Below are positions 38,401 to 52,100 of a stretch of DNA of 64,000 nt, piece after piece (within the stretch, counting starts at the first letter, position 1; each line of letters opens with the position of its first letter). Made by a program: the position numbers and the translations under genes. The notes below the pieces were generated by a model, which saw only the letters and a list, made by a program, of their open reading frames with translations, searched no databases and was not told where the DNA came from. This DNA comes from Octopus bimaculoides (lineage: Eukaryota). The stretch lies in NCBI RefSeq assembly GCF_001194135.2, contig NC_069003.1, forward strand, positions 18,910,755 to 18,974,754. Reading direction: 5' to 3'.

Positions 38401-40753
38401 TTATGTCTTTGCAAATGACTGGCTTTATGCCAATATTGGTGTAAAAGTCATGGTTACCATAACCACAGTGAACGGCCTTGAGCAAGGTGTTCCCAAGTAC
38501 ACTGCTCCAAGTTACAAGGGTATTTTGAGAGTGTTTTTGTTTCCCCTTCTTTGGTCTACCACTTGACCAAGAGCCAACAGTTAGTTCACCAATGTCAAAG
38601 ATCCTTGACAACTGGTAAGATTTTGTACTGGAAATAGCTTTATTCAATCCATGCAGGTAGAAGGAAAAAAAAAACATGTATATGAAGTTGTTGATTATGG
38701 TAATGACCTATAAAACTTTAAAGTTTATTTATCTTCTTTCTTTCTCTTTTTAACAGTGGATGACCCAGACTGTGAACAAATAATGGTTTCTATACCAACT
38801 AAAGGGAAAGCTAAGTTAAAATGTATGTGCCAGTCAGGATATGTGATTACCAATGGAACCAAATGTACAAGTAAGTCTGCTATTGTCTTTTACTTTGCCA
38901 AATAAAAAAACAATTCTGTTTCTTAACACTTCTATACAGATATATCTCATAACCACCATACTTGACAGCACAAAAAAGGTCTTAGTGTATTAAGCATGTC
39001 ATATTTAAAGCAACTTTGCATATAGGGTGCAGGTGTAGGTGTGTGGTAAGAAGTTTATTTCCTAACCACATGTTTCTGGTTTAAGTCCCACCGCATTGCA
39101 CCTTAGACAAGTGTCTTCTACTATAGCCTCAGGTTGACCAAAGCTTTGTGAGTCAATTTGGCAGACGAAAATTGAAAGAAGCCCGTTATATATCTCTATA
39201 TCTATAAAACAGGGGATGTGTGTGTGTACGTGAATGTCGTTTATGCACGTCCACAAATTAGCACGCATGTCACTCCAATTTTAGGAGAAAATTCGGAATG
39301 ACCCTATGTGCATTTTAGTGAACTTTCTCTCTCAGAGGTACCCGCGTACACCTGTAAAAATCGATAAACTTTTGCCAATTTTGAAGTTTGTTGACATGGC
39401 GAAGTCAAATCTGTGCGTACGCGCGTGAAGGCGAGAGAGAGAGAGAAATTGTATATTTGTGAGACGGAGGGTGAAGGAGACATACATTTCTTTGCCAGCG
39501 TCTGTGTGGTAGGCAGTAAGCAAACATAAAAAAATNNNNNNNNNNNNNNNNNNNNNNNNNNNNNNNNNNNNNNNNNNNNNNNNNNNNNNNNNNNNNNNNN
39601 NNNNNNNNNNNNNNNNNNNNNNNNNNNNNNNNNNNNNNNNNNNNNNNNNNNNNNNNNNNNNNNNNNNNNNNNNNNNNNNNNNNNNNNNNNNNNNNNNNNN
39701 NNNNNNNNNNNNNNNNNNNNNNNNNNNNNNNNNNNNNNNNNNNNNNNNNNNNNNNNNNNNNNNNNNNNNNNNNNNNNNNNNNNNNNNNNNNNNNNNNNNN
39801 NNNNNNNNNNNNNNNNNNNNNNNNNNNNNNNNNNNNNNNNNNNNNNNNNNNNNNNNNNNNNNNNNNNNNNNNNNNNNNNNNNNNNNNNNNNNNNNNNNNN
39901 NNNNNNNNNNNNNNNNNNNNNNNNNNNNNNNNNNNNNNNNNNNNNNNNNNNNNNNNNNNNNNNNNNNNNNNNNNNNNNNNNNNNNNNNNNNNNNNNNNNN
40001 NAATTAGACTGAGCTGAAGTAAATCTAAGTTTTTTTTTTTTGTAATTTATTAGCTGCTGAAAAATTGTTTGAAATATTTATTATGATTTTATTTGTTTTG
40101 AAAATAAAAAAATGTTGTGTCAAATACATAAGATTAGTTATTAGTTCTTTAATAGCATATAAGGCAACCATTTTTCCTCACAAAAAATGTTTCCAAAAAT
40201 TACCCCAGATCTTATATGTGAAGTAGGGGCTTCCATAAGCTTTGATACACTAAAAAGATTTCTGGTTTTTTTTTTGCCTGTTGTGGATTAAATAGCATGT
40301 AACCACTCAAGCCAGGGTTTTTTAAAATGCACATCCATGTCTCTTTTATGCCATCAAATATGGTAATTTGGTCTTTTTAGTGCAGAATAATTAACATGAT
40401 TAAAATTTTTATTTACTCTAGAAATAAATGAATCTGAATTCCTGTTGTATACAAATGCTGAAGAAGGAACAATCGTTGGGGCATCGATGCAACCAAATTT
40501 TAAGAATGACATGATGAAACCAGTCCAAGGTTTATTACGACCTGCAGCTATTGCCTTTGATTCCCAGTCAGGCCATATTTTCTACTCTGACATTGCACGG
40601 CGACAGATTGGTCGATATGATGTAAACAATGAAACACTTATAGAAAATTTTGTCAATGTTACACATGGTATGTTACCATTTTTGAAAATTTTTATGTTGT
40701 TTCAATACAAGGTAGGTCAAAAGTTATGCATCAAAACTTTTGACATTTTATTG

Positions 40754-40787
<34 letters not shown>

Positions 40788-43521
40788 AGGCAACGAGCTG
40801 GCAGAATCGTTAGCACACTGGACGAAATGCTTAGCGGTATTTCACCCCATCGCTACGTTCTAAGTTCAAATTTCACTGAGATCAACTTTGCCTTTCATCC
40901 TTTCGGGGTTGAATAATAAAGTAGCAGTGAAGTACTGGTATCAATGTAATCAACTAGTCCCCTCCCCACAAATCTGAGGCCTTGTGCCTATAGTAGGAAG
41001 GATTATTATATTAAAGGCAGTGAGCTGGCAGAATCGTTAGCATGCTGGATGAAACGCTTAGGTGTATTTCACCTGTCACTACATGCTGAGTTCAAATTCC
41101 ACCAAAGTCAGCTTTGCCTTTCATCCTTTCAGGGTCAATTAAATTAAGTAACAGTGAATCACTGGGGTCAATGTAATCAACTAGTCTCCTCCCCTCAAAT
41201 TTCAGGCTTTGTGCCTATTGTAGAAAAGATTATTATTATTATTCATTTTGTTCATCAGTATGTGTGTGTTCATTATTATTTTATTTATAATATTCAATTT
41301 TAGAAACATGGAAGCATGTCTTTAACAATTCCAGAGTGCATTGAACTTATTTTGTGTGTGATGTTTGGCTGTATATAGTAGTTTGTACAGATGTGGCTCT
41401 GTGGTTAAAAAGTTGTCTTCTATAGTTTTTTGAAATGGTAGTTAGGTTCCATTCCCTGCCCCCTAAATATTTAAAATAAAAAAAAATCATATCAACAAAT
41501 TTAGGTTTGTAATTTAGGAATAACTCAGAAAGATTGAGTTTTTGTAGCTGCTCGGTTGAGTTACAACATGAATCTTTTCTAATAAAATGTTGCCAAATTT
41601 GTATGTGAAGTGTGTCTTGATAAATTGTCAAAAATAAATATGTTGTTGAGAATCGGTCAAACTGATTAAATATCTCAAGAAGTGAGAGCAGTTTATTGGT
41701 AGTAGAATTGTCAATGGAATTGGTCTAATTGATCAAATACCCATGACAGTGAGGGAAGACTTGTTAGAATGTTAAACAAATATCCTGACCTTAATCTGTA
41801 TCCTGTATTTGGGCTCTGGTTTGAGAGTTCCAGAGCTTTGAGTTGTGTGGAACCACCTCTTAGCCACTATTTATTTCCAGGTCTACTCTAAACCCAGACT
41901 AGTAGTACCTGTCAGGATCCCAGCTATGGGTTAACTAGCATGTAACCACCCAAGCTAGAGTTTGTTGAAATCCATCAGATGCAGTATGGTGGATATGACC
42001 CATTTGGGCAAATTAATCTTACTGAATCAATGGCAAATATTACAAGATGTTGAGCAAATGAACAGATAAAAAACTGTCAACAATCAGGATCAACCAGTCC
42101 ATTTAGTTAACTACTGCTATCATCTGTAGTTGTGGTGTGTGCTGATGAGTTATTTTAGCTAGTGAAAGATTTATGTGACTAAAACTCAAACCAGACATTC
42201 ATACTACTTCCCTCAATCACTGGTGCGGAAGAATTGCATTAGTCCAAACAAGTCACCCGACCAGATGATGATAGCAACGATTTACTTACAACCTGTTATT
42301 CTGTTCTAAGTTGATATTCTGGCCCTGTGCCAAAATCAGAATCTGTTAAGAGTAGTGAACTGGCAGAATCAATACTTCAGACAAAATATTGATTTGAAAT
42401 TTTAGCGCAAAGCCAGCAATTTCAAGGAAGCCGGTAAGTCGATTACATCAACCCCTTTGCTCAACTGGTACTTATTTTATCAACCCCAAAAGGATGATAT
42501 GCAAAGTCATCCTTGATGGAGTTTGAATTCAGAACATAAAGACGGACAAAATGCCTGGCATGCTAACAATTCTGCCAGCTCACCACCTTAACACATTGGA
42601 CAAAATATTTAGTGGTATTTCTTCTGACCCATTGTTTTTTGGGGGGTTTTTTTGAGTTGAAATCCTTCTAATGTCAACTTCCTTTCATCCTTTTAAGGTC
42701 AATAAAATAAGAGTACCTGTCAAATACTGGAATCAAAGGACAAGTTATATAATAGATATGTAATTAAATATATGTAACTCTTTCTGAATGCTGAGTTCTA
42801 TCTTTTTTATTTATTTTCCTGTCTTTTAGGGACCATAACATGTGGCGGACTGGCTATAGACCCCCTTGGAAGAAATCTTTTCTGGACTGATCAACGTCTT
42901 CAGACAATCAATGTTCTCAATTTGGACCACAGAGAAAGCTGGAAAGTGATTACTACTAACACAATACACCCGAAAGCTATTGTGGTGGATCCACTGGAAG
43001 GGTAACAACAACACCACCACTACCTTCTTCTTTTTCTTCTTCTATTTCTTTTTCGTCTTCTTCTTCTTCTTCTTCTTCTTATTATTATTTTATGTTTGAC
43101 TTTTGCTTTGCATTTGTACAAGTTGGATCCAAGTCTCACCCAGAGACCTCAAGAGACAATAAGTTAGAAGTCCATGTAGGTGTTATGCCTAGGGTACCAT
43201 ATATTTGGATTTGTACAGTTTTGTTCTAGTGAATGTTTAAGAAACCATAAGAAAATTGTGTGTTTGTTTTGAAATTTGAGATCACATAGACAGTATTTTA
43301 CGTAGGATATGGGCAGTTCCCATGAGCACTATCTTTTGAACTTCAGCCATTTTGGGGTTTCCTGGTATCTGAGCTAGGTAGTAATCAGCCCGTTTCGCTG
43401 TCATTCCCAGGGCACCTATGACAATAGGTATTATTTTCGTCTTCAGATTCCACATTTTGCTAATTTCTATTTCCAGATCTTTATATATGCTCAGTTTTTG
43501 GTAGGTCTTGACATACGTTTA

Positions 43522-43590
<69 letters not shown>

Positions 43591-45918
43591 CACCCATTTA
43601 TTTTCCATGTTCCTGTTACTATTCACTAAAATAATGAATTTAGTATATTAGCTTTATCTAAATTAAGCTGGTGTTTGGAACATAAATGAGCATGAAATTT
43701 TGTTGTAAGAAGTTTTAACTTGAAGTTTGTTCCATAGAACCAAAGGCAGTCTCATGTGAGTTAGTATTTAAGGGATTCATGTTTAATATCACTGAAGGCA
43801 GTAAATTAGCAGTAATAGAGCATCAAATAGAAAACTTTGATCTGAGTCTCTGCTTCTTGAGTTCAAATCCCACCAAGGTTAGATTTCCCCTTTATCCTTT
43901 CAAGGTTGATAAAATAGAGTATCACCAATCCTAGGTGGGTGAATTGGTGGAATTGTTAGAGAAGTGGACGGGAAGCTGTGCAATAACTGTTACCCCGTTT
44001 CTTTTCATCAGGAGAAATGGGTGGAAAAGAATGAAGAGAAACAAACACTGACATTTATTTTTGGAGATGCAATCAATAGATAAAATCAGAAACCTAATGT
44101 TCTTTGTTTCAATCAGATCAACTACCATTACTACCACCACTGCCATATTTCACATCACTACTACTATCACCATCATCACCACAGGAAATCATTTCCATTA
44201 AAATTCTATGAGGGTAATTCGTTGAAAAAAAATATGTTTTATTCACTTCCATGAACTTTATTGTTGCTGTTGTCATTAACTTTTTCTTTGTTAACTAATT
44301 AACCTAATTAACCAATCAATTAATTACTGTTCATTACAGACACATTTACTGGACTAACTGGGTCTATTACCCTGTCAACTCGACTGCGACAGCAACAATC
44401 CAACGTGCTAATATGGATGGATCTGATCAAGAAACTTTTGTATCAGGGAAGGAACTTTTCCCAACTGGTCTCTTTTTAGATTCTGTAAATAAAGAACTTT
44501 ATTGGGCAGATTCCTCCTTTAACAAGATTGAAAAAACTAGTTTAACTGGAACTGTAGAGGTTTGTGAAAACAATTTCTTTATTATTGCTGTCCTTGACCT
44601 ATCTCCATCACTCTCTCTCATCCATCCTCTGTCTCTCTCTCTTCCCTTCTTCCTCTCTATCTCCTCTTCTCATTCTCTCCTGGTCCACTTTTTCACTCCC
44701 TCTCTTCCTATGTCACTTCCACCTCTATCCTCCTTAGTATCGTCATTTAGCATCTTTCCCATGCTGGCATGGGTTGGATGGTTTGACAGGAGCTCGCAAT
44801 GTCAGAAGCTGCACTAGGTTTCATAGTCTGTTTCGGGTTGGTTTCTGCATCTGGATGCCTTTTCTAATGCCAACTACTTTAGAGAGTGTACTGGGTACTT
44901 GGCACCACACACATATACACACATGTGTGTGTTTATTTGTTTGTATGTATGTATAAAAACTGGCACTCTGCTTCAATTTTTGAAGACACGTTTTTTCTCT
45001 TCCTTCCTCAGTTATAAAGAAAACTTCAGTGTCTTAGCCTTGCCTAGTTACAAGTTGATCATCACTAGTGCTGGTACCACAAAAATATACAAACACCGAG
45101 CACATTCTGTAAGATGGTTAGTGTTAAGAACATCCAGCTACAGACACCATCCCCAGGAAGACACTGGTGCATGATGCAGGCCTCTGATTCCTCAGACTCT
45201 GCTGAACCATCCAACCCATGCCAGCATGGAAACCGGACATTAAATGATTCTTATGAGGTTACTTCTGCTAGATGCACCATATTAAATGAAGGCTTAGTAG
45301 CAAGCCATTCCTCAAATACGCAGTAATGAATATCTTATGTAAGAAGTGTGACCAGTTTGAAGTTTTGTACTTCAATGTATTTTTGTAATTATGGAGTTTG
45401 AAGAGTTTAATAAGATATTTTGAAATCATTGATTGTTCTTTGGAATTCATGACTTTGAAATGAATTGATTGTAGTTATGTGTTTTGGAATATGTAATAAT
45501 GCTTTTGAAATAATTAGATTGTAATAATCTGTTTTACAATGCATATTATTGTATTATGAAATTATTTGATTGTACACTACTACAGTCGAATAATACACCT
45601 AGGAATTAATTTAGTGCAAATAAAAAGGAAAAACACGTTTTCTTTTATTTTTTCAATATCTTTTGACTTGTTTGATAATATTTTTAACAATACACACACA
45701 CATATGCAAACACATACACACACACAGTCAACACATGAGATCGAGAGATTCTTGGTATAGAAAACAGTTAGTAGCACTCAAATTTGAATTTAGATTCCGA
45801 TATCTTTATGAGGGACCAATTCTGTCAGATATAGAGTAGCTATGAGCTATGGAGACAATTATGTGGACAAACAAATCAAATATAACAGCCTGGGTTTGAC
45901 ATACAAAATATTTGCCTC

Positions 45919-45951
<33 letters not shown>

Positions 45952-46091
45952 AAGTGAGGTAAGTTAGCTGACTTGTTAGTGTGTTGAATAAAACCCCTTG
46001 TCTTATTTATTTTGGCTCTGCTCTGTGTTCAAGTGTTGCTGAGATTAACATTGAGTCAATTCTTTTCTTTCTTTCTTTCTGTGTGTGTGTG

Positions 46092-46137
<46 letters not shown>

Positions 46138-49100
46138 TCTGACAGGTATGCTTATGCCTCTGAATTAAATTTTCGATTTATATTTATCTATAGTATGTTT
46201 TACTTTCTTCTAACCTAATAATAATAATAATAATAAAATTTCTCTCTTCAGCGTAAAGAGGTTCTCTCTTCTAAAATAGACCCTCAGCTCCATTACCCCA
46301 ATGATTTGGTTGTCCACAACGGTATTCTCTACTACACTGCCTCAGCATCCTTGAATGCTTACAACCTGAAAACTAAAGACCATTACACACTCCGAAGTGC
46401 TGACAGCATCCTCTCACACAGCTTAACACTTTTCTCAAAGAAACTTCCTCCTGGTAATAAAACTGTTATCTATCTTATTTTTCGATATTTGAAAATATTT
46501 TCCTATCATTATGATTGTCTTCTTTCCAGCTACTCCTACCTACATTTATTTACATGATACAGATTAACCTTGTATCTCTACAGCAAGACAACAATGTGCC
46601 TGTCTCTCTCTATCATACTTAAGCCCCTCAGCACTTAGCATGAAGTTACCTCCCCCTTTACTTAAACCCCACTTAGTCAAGAGGTTTTTTTTTGTGTTCC
46701 AAGTTATCTGGTGACATCACTAGTCAGTGTCACAGAAAAAGGTATCTTAATACACTATGTAAAGTTATTGGCATCAGGATGGGTACCCAGCCATAGAAAC
46801 TGTGCCAAAGCTGACTTTGGAAGTGAACACAGTCCTCCAGCTTGCTGGACCCTGTTAAGCCATTCAACTCATGCCAGCATTTTAGACTGTTGTTAAATCA
46901 TGATGTTGATGATGATGATGGTGATAACATAGTCCAGCTGTTACCATCCATTTATAATCCAGAGCCCTCCTTTCATTGAATGATGCTTTTCAAATATACC
47001 TCCCACCCACCACCATCACCATCCTATGCATGGGTTGGATGGTTTGACCAGAGCTGGCTTGGTGCCACATATTTCAGTCCTTTGTCATCTAAGATAAAGC
47101 AAAAAATGATTATTTTAATCCCGCAGAACCTAATTTTGAACACTGGTGTATTATCCATATTTTCTTATACTGTTCCATCAAAATTGTGTCTTTTCAAAGA
47201 TATTTGCATGGACCAGTGCTCCCTATGTTAAACTTTTATAGAAATTATTAAAGGCCAGGACTTAGATAACACGATTCAACTGGACCTTGGTCCTTCATCA
47301 GTCATGTTTTTTCTTCGCTGATAACACTATGTCCAACTCATATTCAAATTCCAAGAAAAAAGTGTTTTGATAATGTGGTTAAAATACAAATATTATTACC
47401 AGGCTTATTTATGTTAGTTCTCTAAAAACAATTACAACCCTTCATAGATGCAATCCTCTCTCTCTCATAGTCAAACTGAACCTGGAACCACATGGTTGGG
47501 GATCAAACTTCTTAATCTTGCAGCCAAGCCTGCACCTCGCTATTTTTTTAAATCTTCTGTGATAAATTTTGGAACCACTGGCTTAGAGGTTTCATCATTG
47601 ATGTGTGTGTGTGTGATACATTTAGATATTAAAGTTTTACTTTTCTATAAACTTTAGGCAACAACAAATGCAGTGAGGACAATGGCGGTTGTTCAGATCT
47701 GTGTCTCTCCCTCACTGGTGAAAATTATGTCTGTGCTTGTCCTGCTGGAAAAGAACTTAACAACAACACCTGTATAGGTAAGATTCACTGTATGTTAAAT
47801 ATCCCTTTTGTTTGTTTGTTGTGGTTCAACTTGGTGACAAATTTTCGAAGAGGGACTTCCCCTTCTCCTCTAAACTGACATTCACCATTGACAATTCTTT
47901 CACCTGTGTATCCTATTCACTGTCTACCTCTGTCCCTATCTCTAACCATTTATTATACTCTTTTAACAAACACTCTCACACATTTACCTACCCACTCACT
48001 CTTCCATGGGCTTCTATCCCTATTCTTTCTCTTATATTTTCTCTTGTACTTCAAGGACACACCCTTGCCATCTCTTTCTCTTTTTCCAACTGGAGAAGCC
48101 ACATATCTCTTCTTCAACAAGACATCTGTTCCTGCCTCTCTATCATACTTCTCAACATCTGACATAAAGCCACCTCCCTCAGTATTACACTTTCTTCCTC
48201 GGTGGAGGAGTCTTGTCTTGCAAATTACTTAGTGACCTCACTGGTGCTGGTGCCTTTTACAAAGCAATCAGAACATTCTGTAAATTGGTTGGCATTAGGA
48301 ACAGCATCTTGCCATAGAAACCATACCAAAGCAGACATTGAAATTTGGTGCAGTCCTCTGACTCACCAGTTCCTCTCAAACCAAGTTATGTCAGCATGGA
48401 AAGCAGACATTAAACAATGATGATAGACTCAATGAGATGGCAAATTTTGGGTGGATGAGCACAACAAGGCTACAAATTTTGGGGCAGGGACCGTAGTTTG
48501 TTAAATCAACTTCAGTACTTCTTTGCTATTTATTTTATTACCACCCTACCATCCTGGGAAGAAGGCAGGAGGCAAAGTCAACTTCGGTAGGGTTTGAACT
48601 CAGAATGTAAAGTGATGTAAATAAAGACTTTAAAACATTTAATTTATCACCTTTACTAATCCTGCCATCTACCACTAACCCCACCACCACTACACCTATA
48701 ACCCACCATCACAACCACCAACACCATAAATACCATTAACAACACTACAACTGCAAACAACAACACTACCACTACGGGCAACAACACTCCCACAGCAAAC
48801 AACAGCATTACCACTACAAACAGCAACAATACTACTGCTACAGGCAGCAACACTACCACTGTAAACACCATCATCATTACCATCAACACTAATAACACCA
48901 TTAGTACCACTAACAACACCATTAGTACCACTAACATTATCACCACCACTACCATTACCACCCAACACCAATACTACTTCTATGAGCACCATCACCACCA
49001 CCACCACCACCAATAACACCAGACCATCTCTGCACTTTTGTGTTCAATCATAACAATGTTATTTTGAATTGATATAAAATGACATGATTGAATTTTATGA

Positions 49101-52100
49101 TTTTTCAGCAATTAAGGGATACGTGCAACCAGATAAATGCAAAGCACAAGATGAATTTTCCTGTAACAATGGTTTTTGTATAACCAATGAGTGGGTGTGT
49201 GATGGAGACAATGACTGTGGAGATAATTCTGATGAGAACAGTACCTTCATTGAAGGAGGATGTGGTAAGTAAAAACAAAAAAACAAAAAGAGAGAAAAAA
49301 ATGTTGCTGTTCTCTCTAAATCTCTCTAAAATGTGTGTATGCTTGTATATATGTGTATGCATATATTTATATATGTAATATGTGTGTGTGTATATATGTA
49401 TAATTGTATCATACTGTATTGTACTGTGTTGTACATGACATTGTTGTATATCATACTTATTGTGTTCCTTTCCGTTTTTTAGGTACAACTGTGTGCAACA
49501 GTGACATGTTCCGTTGTAACAACAAATGTATTCTTCAACAGTGGATGTGTGATGGGGAGAAAGACTGTTTAAATGGTGATGATGAAGCTCCACAGAACTG
49601 CAACAGATGTAAGTTGGTGCTATTTTACCAGCAACCATTCTTTAAAAGAAAATCAAAAGAGAAAAAAGCTGTCATGGGATGTATATCATTTGCTGTCCAT
49701 AGTTTTAATTACTGCAATACCAACTGACTTTCTGCCCCCCCCCCCCTCTGCCTCACACACACACCTGCTTAGACATACTCAGACATGTTTTATCATTTAA
49801 GTGACTTTCAGTTTCAGTCCTTGATTCACTGGCCCCTCCTAACACCTTGAAATCCCAAATTCTCTGTGTGTACCTTAACCATTCCATCCTCTCTCTCTTT
49901 CTCTTATCAATGATGAAAACCTCTCACTAGAAATAACAACCAAATCTTCCATGAATCACATCCTGCTTTCTTAACAAAAATGACGGACCATATTGCATAT
50001 TGTAGTTTGAGATAAACTGGACAGGTTGATCATGGTTAGAATGCTTTGGTCATAGGTATGTTCAGTCAGGGATAATGTGGGGCCACCAACCATTTCATCC
50101 ATGCAAGCATGAATGAAATAATTATTTCTTCAGCTCCCTGTAAAACACAGTACCAAATGAAACTGCAGGAATCAGTCTGTTTTGAATCATATGACATCAC
50201 ATAAAACATAAAACCTTGTTTACATTCATTTTGAAAGAAGTGAGAAACTCTCTACTGTAAAAGAGAGAACTAATTTGTTTTGTCATTTGCTGTTATTCTG
50301 TTACAGAATCATTACAGGGTTAGGATTTTATTACTTAAAAAGTTTTCAGCAGAATGTTAGGTGCTAGTATAGAATTATTACTTAATATTATTTTTAAGGC
50401 ATCAAGCTGACAGAATCATTAGTGTGTTGGATAAAATGCTTAATGCCATATCTTCTGGTCATATATTCAAACTTCAGATTCCACTGAGGTCAACTTTGCC
50501 TTTCTTCCTTTCAGAGTGGATAAAATAAGTACCAGTAGAGCACTAGGGTTTATGTAGTTGACTGGCCGAATCCCTCCAATTTTCTGGCTTTGTGCCTATA
50601 GAAGAAAGAATTATTATTACTATTGGGTTGACTTTGCCTTTCATCCTTTCAGGGTCGATAAAATAAGTACCAGTTGAACACTGGGGTCGATGTAATCAAC
50701 TTGCCCCCTCCCTGATATTGTTGGCCTTGTACCAAAATTTGAAACCATTATTACTATTATTATTATTATTATTATTGTGGTTGAAAGTTACAGAACTGTT
50801 AGCATGCCAAACAAAATACTTAGCATCACCTTGTCAATCTTTACATTCTGAATTCAAATTTAACCAAAATCAACTTTGCCTTTCATCCTTTTGGGATTGA
50901 TAAAATAAGTATCAGTCAAGTACTGGGGTCAGTGAAATCAACTCCTTCCTGCCCTCAAAAATTGCTGGACTTGTACCAAAATTTGAAACCATTATTGTTA
51001 TAAATATTATTAGTAGTATTAGTATTATTCATATTAAACTCTGTAAAAACCAATGTGTAACTGTGTTGGTAAAAATATAGAATGTATTCCATTTTCTTCA
51101 AACTCTGCAGCTCGTGAATGTCTTCCTAATCACCGGATGTGTACAAGTGTTGGTCGGTGTATCCCTGAGAATTGGTGGTGTGACCATGATCAAGACTGCC
51201 CTGGTGGTGAAGACGAAGATGATAAATGCAGTAAGTATTTTAATTACCTCCCTTCCCTGTTAACACAGTTTGATCTCTCAGCGGGTTTACTTTCACCAGA
51301 GCTGACTATTGTAGAAATCACACAGTTGAGTTGTTACTGAAACACATGTGCTGTGGGCTTGCGTATGTATGTGTGTGCACGTGTGTGTGCCTACATACTG
51401 ATTGATGTTCATGTGTGCATGCCTGCGCGTGTAAACAGTCATTGATGTATATGCATATGGACATTTCTCTCTGTGTGTGCTGTCGTTCATATATGTATGC
51501 AATGGCATATATACATTAATGTGTAGGTATGTGAATATGTATGCATTTGTTTGTTTTTTATTTCCTTGGAGATATTCATGTGTGTCAGTTTGTATGTGAG
51601 CATTTCTTTATGTATATGTGTCTGCACACATGCTCGTGTGTGTATGTTTGTCTACATGATACATAATGAGTACAGCATGACTGAATGGGTTAAGAAGCTT
51701 GTATTGCAATCATGAGTTTCTGGGTTCAATCCCACTATGTGACATGTCAGAGCAAGTGCTTTTTACCTCAGCATCAGGTTTGCCCAAGTGTCTTGGGTGG
51801 AACTGGATAAACCAAAACTGTGAAAATCCATCTGATGGATACCACATGTAATCTAATGTGACAACAGATGCATCACACTGGGTGTCACAGTGATTCCACC
51901 CAAGAATTTACATGTGTGGAGTAGGCCAGTTGATTTAATAACTAAATAACTTCCCAACCACATGGCTCTGGGTTCAGTCCCAATATGTGTGTCTTCTGCT
52001 ATAGCCTCAGGCCAAACAAAGCCTTATGAATGGATCTGGTAGATGGTAACTGAAAGAAGAATGTCATGTGTATACATATATATATATATATATATATGCA

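Noticed and set aside
48656-49638. Val/Leu-rich and His/Thr-rich minus-strand ORFs (transmembrane- or mucin-like)
   Set aside because: Produced by a cryptic trinucleotide tract and the antisense of real exons 15-16.
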